The notes beneath the pieces are model-generated. The model did not search any database. It worked only from the letters and a program-made list of their open reading frames with translations, and was not told the origin of the DNA. 57,970 nucleotides of DNA from Hyphochytrium catenoides (taxonomy: Eukaryota; Protista; Hyphochytriomycota), in assembly GCA_900088475.1 (NCBI GenBank), contig FLMG01003693.1:1-57970 (forward strand), written 5' to 3'. Positions 12,022-22,805 of this stretch are shown here, in pieces. A program made the translations under genes and the position numbers. Position 1 is the first letter of the stretch. Every line of letters starts with the position of its first letter.

Positions 12022-12985
12022 TCAAGTATCCAGCATGTCGTCAAGCCAGGCCTCAAGGTCCTCGTCCTCCTGTTTATCTTTCTTCTTCACCGACGCCGTC
12101 ACCAGTCGTGGTGCCGAAGTCGAGGCTCCGGTGGACGAAGGTATTGATAGCGCTGAGGATCGCTCCACGTTAGTGCTATACCTACCGTTCTGTCCTTCGG
12201 CAGGTGAAGTCGTGATAGTGGTTAGAGATAGCAGGTGTTCCAGCTCCTTCTCCTCTTCCTGAGGTTGTAGTTGAGCACTCTGATCGCTGGTGGGATGAGC
12301 CGAGGAGGAGCTGAGTTGAGGCTCAGACAGTCCTCCCTCAGACAGCAGAGAGCTTATCTGGATCTGTTTCGGCGGTACACTCTTAAGTAAGGCTGGATCA
12401 ACGCCATCCTAGGTAAAGATTGTAAGCGCTAAGCATGATGCTAATGGACACTAGGGAGGTGAGACATACACAATACTTCAGATCAATCCCCAAGCGTATG
12501 TGCAAAGGAATGGTGCTGAGTGCACTCTCCAGCAAACCCATATCCTGTACCATTGATGAAGGAAGTGGGTCAGTTGTTTCAATAGACCTTAGGCGTACGA
12601 TGCTGTCCGAGTACCAGGACTAAAAGATCATCAGGATCTGTGGTCTGTTGACTCTCTTCACCTTCCCAGTCCTTTTCCTCAGAAGTCTGGAAGTAGTGAT
12701 GGCCAGAGTCGGTCTGACTGTATTCTCCAGAGTCCATGGCTTGCCCTTCAGCTTCCTCATGTTGATCAATCTCGGACCTCTCAAATCGATAGGCATTGGA
12801 AGGCAGAGCTGAAGTAACTGTTAGATGGGCGCATATATATCCAGCATTTCTTAGTGGATGTGATGGGATAACCTACATTCTATTTCAGCTGAATTGATTT
12901 GGCCTACGAGCTCATCCTGGCCATGTCTCTTTGCACCCCTGTTCACGGGGCGCCGACGGCCGCCTCTGGTTTCCTTGCGAACCAT
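12022..12985 (-). CDS. AVEN / RIPR(CER16)-like protein (4 exons)
   Basis: Spliced product: RG-rich N-terminus (TRGGRRRP), LPSNAYRFE, YFQTSEEKDWE, LVLDMGLLESALSTIPLHIRLGID, C-terminal EDLEAWLDDMLDT*. This is the motif order of AVEN. Confidence 0.75.
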
Positions 12986-14824
12986 ACTCTACCACCCACG
13001 AACGCAGACCGCTTGTAAGCCAGGTAGCGATGTCTGCTGTATCATCGTTGACAATGTCACTCCATGGATTATTGGGCCTAGTGGGTAGCAGATTTCTTAG
13101 CTAACAGGCAGCAACAAAGCTTGATTTCTCTGCGAGGCTTCTGGCTGTTGAAACGCGCCTGCACTTACTGGGAGCAGAGTGATCTGTGTCTAGGAGACCT
13201 GTCAACAGTTATGATAGACCACCTGGCACGTCAACAGAGGGCGGCGGCGGTGTGCACGGTATGAGTACTCATCACTTTGTGACGAGGATCGTCTGCTCTG
13301 CTTGTGCAAGTTGTACGATAGAGGAAGAATGATGAGAGAGCTGATGAGAGTGTGATTCGATACAGCGCTATCAAGAATGGCTCGGTCCGGATTCCCGAAG
13401 AAGGGAAATAATTATTAGGCTTTATTGTAAATCAGCTACATCTGCTGTCGCTATGCTGTTGTTCTGATGATGAGCTCACTCATCGACTCCATCATGCTCA
13501 TCAGATTGATCATCTCAGCATTCTCTCATTAGCGCAGTCGGACAGTGGAACGCTTAGCGCCATCCCTCTTGCATGCGGAGACGACAGGACGGACCAGATG
13601 CTGCTAGGAGTAGCTTATTGCTAATGCACAGAGTTCACCACCATGGCGATCGGCGAGCGGCTGCTTCCGCGACAGGAAGGGAAGCAGCATGGGAGGAAGG
13701 AAGTAGGTAGACTACAATGAATATTGAGTAGGGGCAAAAGGGAACTACTTACCTTTCGGTGGACCCGGACCCGAATCCCATCCTGGCTGACGGTTATCAG
13801 AGAATAGCTGCCTGCTGGCGGATGCTGGAATGAGGTGCTCAGCGTTAGCCGAAACATCCTTCTTGCGTCTCAGAGAAGTCTGCCTAGAAGAATCTGTGGG
13901 CATTGTCGATTGCATTCCCTTCTCTATTTCAATGCTTCACTTCGTTCACAATCTGCGTTTCTGCAAAAGGACCTACCCTATCTATCGGGGCTTTCTAGTT
14001 ACCAGCTTCTTACTCACCTATCCAAATGCTGATAGGATCTTTAATTGCCTCGATCGATGGTGGAGTCAAGATTACCTGTCCTGGCTACTAACTTTTTAGA
14101 TGATTTGAGTTCCTTGAAGCGCAGAGTATGGTTCAGATGATGGCTCGATCTGGGGTCGCTACCCCGGCTGGCTTCTATTTACATTACACCTATCATCTCT
14201 TCCCTCCCGGAGAAGGCTGACCATGCCCATGTCTTGAGCGATTGTCTACCATGCATAACTGCATTGCTATGACTATATCGAATCCCGCCGCAAAGTACAG
14301 CTAAGCGCGGTTAGGGCTGTCAACTCACTCTCCTCTACAAGTTCAATTCACCCTCAGCTGACCATAAGAAGGGTTTTAGAGCCATTGTAGGTGTCACCTT
14401 CCTACTGGAGAAGGATTGGGCCACTTAGCTGATCAAAGATCTATGAGATTCCAAGCGTCGTAGCAAGGCGCAGACTAGAAGAGGTTCTGATCATCCTTCA
14501 CAGCAAGGGGTAACAATATGAAGGGTGAGCAACAGGTAGTAGGCTCACTCGACCAGTTTATTACCATCAAAGCCTCCACTCCGCCTCCTCCATGTCACTC
14601 AGGCTGGCCGAGTGGCATCATTGTGAGGAGAAGAAGCATTGTCTGACATGGTCAGTAGGGCAAGAATTTGAATTAAAATAGCGCTCTGCTCATTGTAGAG
14701 ATAATGCTCCCAAACTGCATAGGTAATAGCATACTAATACCCTTAGGTTTCTGCATCTCGATACCTGCCTGTGGTACCATGAACAGCAACGACGGCGCTC
14801 ACGGCAAGAAGGGCTACCAACTTA

Positions 14825-16096
14825 CTAGTTTATGCGAGAGAAGAACTTTCCAAGATAAGTTAGCAGATACAGAGAGATGAGGAGTTGATAGCAAGTGAGT
14901 AAATGGGATGTGGTCATGGGAGCTGAGCAACTTTTCTCTCCGAAGTCCCCATCATCATGGGGTCCTGAAGGTACCGATGGCGGCAGAGGCGACGGATCCT
15001 GACCGGTAGCGTACCAAATCGTTGGGACCGCCCATAGAGAAGTCCCAGGAGAGTTATCTGGGTCATCTCTATCAATTGACTCAAAGACCACTCGACACCC
15101 TCCTTTAGGTTCCCATCCAGGAGCGCCATCATACCACTTAGGTTGGTTCGTGACTGCGACCGCTTGAGGAGGAACGTCGTTGACACTTTTATCTCCATCG
15201 TTTCTTTTCCATTTGGTAGCAAGCAAAGTGCCTTCACGACCACTGTAGAGGATGTATTTTCCATCGGGAGAAAAGCTTACATCCGTCCCGTTGGCAACTA
15301 CCTGCGGGGACTGCAGAGAGGCATCGGCTATTCTCGACCTACCACCGGATTGCCCAGGGGAGAGAACCGCTATGTACACGCTCCATTCATCAGGCGATTT
15401 TAGTGTTCTCCCCTGGTATGCTAACACTCCGGCATCCGTAGGTGAAAAGCAGGGTTGTCTAGCGTCAATGACTTCAGGATCCGTGAGCTTCTTAACCTCC
15501 TTTTTCTGGCCGCTAGACCCCGGACCGGCATCGACGATACCTATAACACTAGGGCTATCCTCATCGCTCCCGCTAGAATGTACCTCAAAGGACAGAGTAG
15601 AGTTATCGCACGAGAACGTAGGCTCAAAGTAGACATCGCTGTTACTTCCCGGTGTTAGCCGTTCTTCTTCTGGAACTGATGCCCCCGATTTCTCATCACT
15701 ACTCATTGAGGAAGTTGATGATATACCATAAACCTGCTCGCCAGCAGCGTCAGAAGTGCCTTCCCTTGTTCCAGCGTAGGTAATTAAGCTCTGCTTCAGA
15801 TTCCAGGGGCAGTTGCCTGGCAGATTGATGTTGATATCACCTCTCTTGGTTACTTTCTCAAGCTTCTTTGTGGCTAACTCCATCCTCCATATCTCTGAAG
15901 TTCCCTTGTTATAACCGCTCCGGAATCGCGTGAAGTAGAGAAAAGCTCCATCTGGAGAAATAGATGGATTCTGTAAAGAGCCATCCAAGTTGATGTCAAA
16001 CTTACAAGCGCCATCCCCGCGCGTGGTCTGACCGCAGCCTTTCGTTAGTTCTGAGACTGGACAGCGCTGATCGGCCCCCGTCAAACCTGCTGCCAT
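14825..16096 (-). CDS. TolB-like (PD40) beta-propeller with C-terminal hydrophobic tail; intronless
   Basis: Repeated PD40-type motifs NPSISPDG, EPTFSCDN, QPCFSPTD, VSFSPDGKYILYS, APGWEPKG. Pro-rich linker, then LLTCYQLLISLYLLTYL. Confidence 0.8.
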   Translation of the reverse strand: MAAGLTGADQRCPVSELTKGCGQTTRGDGACKFDINLDGSLQNPSISPDGAFLYFTRFRSGYNKGTSEIWRMELATKKLEKVTKRGDININLPGNCPWNLKQSLITYAGTREGTSDAAGEQVYGISSTSSMSSDEKSGASVPEEERLTPGSNSDVYFEPTFSCDNSTLSFEVHSSGSDEDSPSVIGIVDAGPGSSGQKKEVKKLTDPEVIDARQPCFSPTDAGVLAYQGRTLKSPDEWSVYIAVLSPGQSGGRSRIADASLQSPQVVANGTDVSFSPDGKYILYSGREGTLLATKWKRNDGDKSVNDVPPQAVAVTNQPKWYDGAPGWEPKGGCRVVFESIDRDDPDNSPGTSLWAVPTIWYATGQDPSPLPPSVPSGPHDDGDFGEKSCSAPMTTSHLLTCYQLLISLYLLTYLGKFFSRIN

Positions 16097-18072
16097 TTTT
16101 CTTGCACTCCTTTCCTTTCTCTTTGGGACGCTTTAGAAAGAACCAAAACAGCTAAGTGTTGTTGACCCGGTGGCAGCATCGACCAGTGCCAAGGAATTGG
16201 CCCATCAAAAAGTGGCGATTCCAGGCAGTGGAGATCTCGACTACGGAACGGAGATGTCAGTTCCAAGAAAAGGCTTTATCTTCTTTCACTCCTCATTGAA
16301 GCTGCTCTTCTGCCCTGTCGCACAACATGAACGGTGCTTGAAACGTTGGTGTCAACCCGTTGCACTTGTGCATGCTGCCCAGGTAACAAGATCCTGCTAT
16401 TTTTGAAAAAAACGTCTACTCCAACGATTCTTCATCCCGTCCGAGAAAATCACGAGGTACCAAAGAAAACAGCAGAGAATTCTGTCTCACAAGAGAGTTC
16501 ACACTTTCAACAAGAGTAAAAGAATATCAATAGCTACTAGTAAGGGAACTTTGCCACTGGCATCCGTGACGGCAGTCTCGCATTGTGCATGAAGATCCAG
16601 TGGACTGGGCCCAAGAACTATAAAAACTATAAGAAGCTCTCACTAGTGCAGAATAATGGAGAACGGCAAAGAGATTCATCGTCCGGGCTCGACAAAGAGG
16701 TGAGGTAGTAAGAAACAGGGGCGAGCAGGAAACCAGGGGCAGCAGGGGCAGACAGAATGTGGGATTAATTTTTGGCCTCGACAACACTTTCCTGCTATCT
16801 TCGTGGCGCCAGATTATTGTTTGTAGGAGTAGAGACCTATGCTAATAACGGACAAGGTTCTAGAACAGAGCCTTCCCTTCTAACTTTCTTGTGCTCTATC
16901 CTCTTTTCTGCAGGAAGATAGAATATTTGGACCGAAGCTCTTCACTGTCTTCATATAAATATAAGATAGAGTAAAAACAGTGTGACAAAGAGTAGTGCAA
17001 GACACTGGTCCTAAATAGAGCTCCCTGATCCTATTTTTATATATTGTTATTATTATTACAGGTAGCTCTGAACAGTTTGGGGGTTGTTCTACTTCTTTCT
17101 ATTTCCTATTTCTATCTGTCTTCGTAGCTGTGTGAGTGACGGACTGACCGACTGACACACTGCTGCAGCTGCCCCCAGTTCCCGCCTACATAAAAACGGT
17201 TTGTCATCCCAGGGAGTAGGACATTCGGCTTTTTATTTCTGTGCACAATACAATCTTATAGCCAAGGTTTGTGCCAAGTGGTTGGGGCGACGATGTGTCA
17301 GGCGCCCTGCTTGGCCGTAGTTCTTATTCTGGACCGGACCTGCGAGAACGAGTAATAAGCTCCAAGCTTGCATGGTGTACGAAGCCTTTCTGTCAGGTGT
17401 CAGGGTGCTCAATGCTTTCAGTGACAAGAAGGTCAGGTCAGGACAAAGCCAATGCACAGTCTAACTTCGCCGCCATCATTGCCCACCAGCGGCCCCATCA
17501 CCTCGTTGGCGCCCGCATCTTCTTTCCTACTTTGTTCTATGTACTGTACCCTTGAAGAGTAGAGGGAGTGATGCGAGTCTTGACACTTGTGAAGGCGGAT
17601 ACTGCTCTGATTTTAGTAAATATCTATGCGCCTCGTTGTCCGACCGCCCACAACCGTTCTTGCCTGGCTATTGATGCTGATCAATGATCAGCAACAGCAA
17701 AACTCTGTCTGTTTATATAGAAGGTTAATAGATGATACGATCGTTTGGGCCCAGCTGCTGCAGATAGCAGATAAAGAGACCAAACTTTGGAGACAAAGTC
17801 CAACTCTCAGTCGCCATAGACAATGCACCAAGACTTTGGGTGGGTAAGATACTCAAGTAGTATGCAGCTTGATTGCTGGTCTCTACCGGCCTTGACATAG
17901 TACGAGTGGATTTTGTCTTTAAGAAGTAATGCATGGCGGCCCCCACATGTTCTCATCTGGAAGTGCCCTGTCCTAGTCAGGGACCTGCCTCACTATCAAT
18001 TCTTCATTATCAGATTGGCCACCTAGCCCTCACACTCAAGCATCGGAAGAAAATACCCTGGTTCGCTGAGTC

Positions 18073-20586
18073 ATGAAGCCTGTCTCCTTGAAGAATGTTG
18101 CTTGTGCAGTCAGCATGCTTGTGCTACTGTGCGAGCCATTGGCGCTGGTGAGGGGTCAGACCGCCCCTAAATGTAAGGCCAACGAAGAGCTTCACAAAGT
18201 CAAGATCTATAGAGCTAGCGACAGAAAGCCTTCGGGCAAAAAGGCGAGCGTCTGCGTGAAGGAGAATGGCGACCTATGCGAGTACGAGTTGGTTGGCCCT
18301 TGTCCTCCTGCACAGAATGGGCTGCCGTACGGTTCTACTTGCGGAGAGATCGATTTCGACTCTCACGACCACGGATGTATCGAAGTCGCAGCTCCAACAC
18401 CTGCTCCGACACCGCCGTCCTTTCCTCCAGCTCCATCTCTACCTCCTGCCACTTCGAATCCTATTGACATTCCAACATGCAATGGTGGTCCTTGCTGCGT
18501 CGCTTTACCTCGCGGCGCCTCTATCGTCACACCATCCGGACTCTTCCAAGACTGGGCCATCAAGGCCCGTGTGGGTCCAGCTTACTTGACCACATATGAG
18601 GGTGCGATAGATGCAGGCTCCATCGCAACTGTGAAAAAGCTTCAGGACCAGGGTGTGACGGTGATTGAGCTTGACACTGAGTTCTCCTATTATATGAACG
18701 ACACCGAATACGCAGACCTTGTCCAATCTACTAAGGAAGTTGCAAGCTACATCCACACTCAAGGCCTGAAGATGGTCGTGTACTTTCCGGCAGGTGAAGT
18801 GATCACGAAGCAAGCTATCGGAGTCAACAAGGGAAAGACGATTTATGATCATCACCCGGATTGGGTCCAGCTTGATCTTGATGGCAAGACTCCAAACGTC
18901 TTCTATGGTGATAAAGTCTTCTGGATTGAAAAGGATGAGCAGAGTGCTTGGATGAATTTCAACTCTGGCTTTAGAGACTACTTCACCAAGCGGGTCGTAG
19001 CCTTGGCAAACGCCGAAGTGGATGGACTTTGGATGGACGTGCCGCTCTACAACGAAATCATTTCTCTTTGGACAGATGCATCCCCCAGCGCAGCACAAGC
19101 TTTCACTGCGGACACCGGGCTGACGGTACCTAAAAAGCCTGATTGGCAAGATAAGAACTTTAGGGTGTGGCTCTCTTGGAGACATAAGAATATCAACAAA
19201 TTCATCACTGACGTCTGTGCCGCCGCTAGAGGTGTAAACCCTAACTTCCTCTGTATCATTGAGACTGTCACGATGGACTATTACTACGCCAGGCGAGCAG
19301 GGCTGGATGGCGCTTCGCTGCTTGCAGACGGTGTTACCCATGTTTGGGAGGTGGATGTGGTCAGCTTGGACAATAGCATGCGGACGGCATATGAAGACGA
19401 TTGGGTCTCTCTCATTGGGATGTACAAGTACTCTCGGGCTGCAAGCTATCCTTACCCTGCATGGGCCTTTTCCTACGGTGCTAAGGAGGATGACGCTCGC
19501 CATGTGATGTCCGTAGTACTGGCCACGGGTTGCAATGTTTATGAGGTCAAGTCCCCAAAGAAAGAGGGCTCTGTTAGCGAGGCGATGAGGGGCAAGATGT
19601 ATGCTTGGATTAAGACGCATGAAGACCGCATGTACAGATCAAAAAGCATCGCGAAAGTTGGTCTCTTCCACTCAAGCGAGACTAGAGATTATGTCTTTGG
19701 ACCTTCTGAAGGCAATGGCCTTCTTTGCACCGTTAAGCCGCCTTCTGCTGATAAGGGCTGGTGGGCCTATGGACCCGAAGACTCTTGCTACACTAAAGAA
19801 TGGCTTGGCGAATACCGCGGCGTGATGAAGGCCCTACTTCACGCTCATATTCCTTTCGACGTCATTACGAGTCCAAGAATGAGCACCATTTCCCTAAGCC
19901 AGTACGGAACAATCTACTTGCCCAACACGCAGGCGCTAACAGACGAGCAGGCTGCAGCTATCAGAACCTACGTGAAGAGCGGCGGAAATCTTGTCGTCAC
20001 GGGTCCTAAGCCGGCAGCCCTCGACCTCTATGGCTCTCTTCGGGACGAGCTTGCTATTAGCGACATCCTTGGCTTTGGGATGGCTGCAATCCCTTCTTCA
20101 AAGGTCAATGCCATTGAAGGCGGTGGCAAAGTTTTTTACCACCAGGATTACCTTGGCTGGAGGTATCTTAACAAGACTTCCGATACTGCCGCTGCACAGA
20201 CGCTTACATCTCCATCTGGAGTCACTATGTCCTTCTTTAGCACCAACGCCGACCGTAGAGTCCACTTCGAAGCCAAAGCTTTGGAGGAGTGGAAAGAGGT
20301 TCACTTGCATATGATCAACTACATTGGCGTCAATGGGAAATACCAGAAAGTCAAGACTTCCTTCAAGGTTGATATCGATCTTCACCTTTTAGCTGCGGCT
20401 TTGCCAAGTCATCCACAAGGACTCACTCTCCAACAAGTTGCCGTTATCTCTCCTGACACATCGTTCTCATGCACAGTGGGAGATGGCGGATACACCCCAG
20501 CCTTTTCTTTCTCTCAGTCCTTACTTAGTGTACAGATTCAGGACTTGGACATGTACCAGGTTCTTGTCATCAAGTATGCCTCGTAA
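18073..20586 (+). CDS. Secreted glycoside hydrolase-like protein (TIM-barrel GH-like domain + beta-galactosidase trimerisation/GAT1-like domain) with Cys-rich N-terminal module; intronless
   Basis: Signal peptide; Cys module GPCPPAQNGLPYGSTC...HGC; PTPAPTPP linker; IHTQGLKMVVY, HHPDWVQ, VDGLWMDVP, FRVWLSWR; then LLHAHIPFDVI...LSQYGTIYLPN...IRTYVKSGGNLVVTG. Confidence 0.85.
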   Translation: MKPVSLKNVACAVSMLVLLCEPLALVRGQTAPKCKANEELHKVKIYRASDRKPSGKKASVCVKENGDLCEYELVGPCPPAQNGLPYGSTCGEIDFDSHDHGCIEVAAPTPAPTPPSFPPAPSLPPATSNPIDIPTCNGGPCCVALPRGASIVTPSGLFQDWAIKARVGPAYLTTYEGAIDAGSIATVKKLQDQGVTVIELDTEFSYYMNDTEYADLVQSTKEVASYIHTQGLKMVVYFPAGEVITKQAIGVNKGKTIYDHHPDWVQLDLDGKTPNVFYGDKVFWIEKDEQSAWMNFNSGFRDYFTKRVVALANAEVDGLWMDVPLYNEIISLWTDASPSAAQAFTADTGLTVPKKPDWQDKNFRVWLSWRHKNINKFITDVCAAARGVNPNFLCIIETVTMDYYYARRAGLDGASLLADGVTHVWEVDVVSLDNSMRTAYEDDWVSLIGMYKYSRAASYPYPAWAFSYGAKEDDARHVMSVVLATGCNVYEVKSPKKEGSVSEAMRGKMYAWIKTHEDRMYRSKSIAKVGLFHSSETRDYVFGPSEGNGLLCTVKPPSADKGWWAYGPEDSCYTKEWLGEYRGVMKALLHAHIPFDVITSPRMSTISLSQYGTIYLPNTQALTDEQAAAIRTYVKSGGNLVVTGPKPAALDLYGSLRDELAISDILGFGMAAIPSSKVNAIEGGGKVFYHQDYLGWRYLNKTSDTAAAQTLTSPSGVTMSFFSTNADRRVHFEAKALEEWKEVHLHMINYIGVNGKYQKVKTSFKVDIDLHLLAAALPSHPQGLTLQQVAVISPDTSFSCTVGDGGYTPAFSFSQSLLSVQIQDLDMYQVLVIKYAS

Positions 20587-21861
20587 GGTAGTCATCAAGG
20601 GCCCTAGGTAGCCTCAGTGTAAGGTCGTCTGCTCAGGCAAACTAATAGAAGCGAATGATCCCTACAAAGTTTATACTGACGTTAGCCTCTCAAGAGGGAC
20701 ACAGAAGAACGATATGGACCATGGGCCAATGACTATCCAAGATAAAGACCTGTTTGCCGTCTGCATGCACCAACCCACTTCTGTTACATCCCGTGGATAA
20801 CTATAAGCAAGAAGCGGTTGGACTACCACTTAAGGTACTGTCAAATGCATTGAGGCAGCCATATCACTTGCCAATGGCTCCATGTCAGACATCGGTCGCT
20901 GCCAAAGACTAAGCCAACTTTGCACTAACATTTAGCAGTAAGGCCACCTTGGTTAACAAACCATCAGTGTTCAGTCCTGTGCCTACTTGTCTGAAGCAGT
21001 CCTTCCGAGCGAGAGAAGGATTGCGATAATTTAATACACCGCTGACCGGGCTTGGCCTCCACTACGATTAATTGCCTCTTCCCTTCTAAATGACACCTCT
21101 CGTCACGCCTAGCTGCCAGGGTTTGTTACACAGGAGAGAGGCATCCAGTCATCTGTTGAAGCTCACGTCACAAATGCCCAGCTTCACATCTAGAATGAGA
21201 TTTGGTTCTTTCTAGGCAATGATACTTCCCAGTATACTGTGTCATTGTAACGCTATATGCTGCGTGCGATGCCTGAACAAAGTGGCGATGTTTCTGGTAC
21301 AAGTGACTCTTCCTCCTTTGCTGCGTTCCTATGACAAGGGCATGGCGCCTTAGACGACCTTGATCAGTGTTCAGATGTTCAGAAGCAGAAACTATGACAA
21401 ATGCAGAGCTCTGAGAAGTGTGAGACGGCGCCGAACTCAGTCAGATCAACCTTTGCGAGAGCCTCTAAAGGCTGTTCCTGCGCCTCACACAGGCAAAAGA
21501 GATGTGCATGCATCATCATCAGCTGTCAGATAACAGTACTGTACAAGTACTGTACGGCTTCCAAATTTGACGCGGTCATTCATCTCCTCTCAGGAATAAC
21601 AACTGTATATTGGCATAATATTCCCAATGTTTCACATGTGGAGGAACCGAAACAATTCTCAGCTTTTCAGATCATGAGAATTCTAATTTTTCGCGCGCTT
21701 TTTTCCCTCTCTCCTCCCTCCACAACTTCCACGACCGAACCTCCTCTCCAAAGGCCACACCTCTCTCTTGGCAACAAACACTACTACGGCTTGTGCTTTG
21801 TAGAAGTAATTCTACTGATACCGCATGTCGTATTACATCTCAACAAACACCAAGGACCGTT

Positions 21862-22633
21862 GATGACTGGGGATCTTGACATCACAACCACCGCAAGATC
21901 TCTTCATTTGTGATTCATCCGGCTTCAGCGACACACCTAACTCAAGGGAAGCTGGCACGTCTATCTCTGGTCCTTCAACCAGACCATTTGCAAAGGTCTC
22001 TCGCAAGGCTGTCGCTGGTGCTTCAGCGGGACTTTCTGCAGCCGCACGAACGGTGACTTGCCCCGTGGGAAGGCAACATCAGCGCACAATATTTTGAACT
22101 CGGCTCTCTTAGAAACGAACAATAATGCTTGAATTGCCTCCATCCATCTTCCCTTCCATTCTTGCGAGGTAAGGTCATCAAACTAGCCTTCCATCCTCAT
22201 TGATGATCTAAAAGACTCGGCATCCCTTCCCCTACGTATTGTGACATTCTCAGGAGTACTTGGGGTAGCGAAGTGCTGGGCCAATACATACGGAAGGTCG
22301 CCACCTTTTGCGAAGAAGAGATTCGGGGGCCATCTCTGAGCTCAAAGGTGTTCCCACAGCGGAACATTGATACCATGACAAAGAAAAGAAAGCGCCGAGA
22401 TAACGGTAAGACCAAACACTCTCGACTGTACGCCTTTGTCGCTTATCCCTTCCAACCCGTCTACAACGCTCTGTAGGTGACTCTGAGGCTAAGCGGCCCC
22501 ACTTCGATGAACATAGCTTCAGTTTCGCAAGCAATGAAGATTGCGAGATGTCTGACGCCAGTCCGCCCTCCGTGGTACAAGCACCCCGTCGACACATAGA
22601 TATTTCTTTGAGATCATACAGCGGTTACCAATA
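21862..22633 (+). CDS. Hypothetical multi-exon protein with NLS-like KKRKRR (start uncertain)
   Basis: GTAAG...AG introns (~22169-22253 and ~22406-22476) join MLELPPSIFPSILAR-STWGSEVLGQYIRK...MTKKRKRRDNG-DSEAKRPHF...YSGYQ* in frame. Confidence 0.4.
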
Positions 22634-22805
22634 GGTGGTCGCCACTCTCACCCTTATGTAACCTAACATTGTACATTGTCAAGGCTGCTGTGGCCCGCCT
22701 GCTAACCTCAAACGATTCGAGTTAGCCTTCTGTCTCATATAGGTCATGGCCTCCTCTTGATCTGTAGAGGGGCCGCACAAATGGGAAGTGACCATCCTCC
22801 TAGCT

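Noticed and set aside
13329-13530. TGATGA/CTGA-rich stretch resembling a C/D snoRNA or hairpin
   Set aside because: No convincing terminal stem or recognisable rRNA guide; low complexity.
18505-19620. 371-aa antisense ORF within the GH-like gene
   Set aside because: Shadow ORF arising from sense-strand codon usage.
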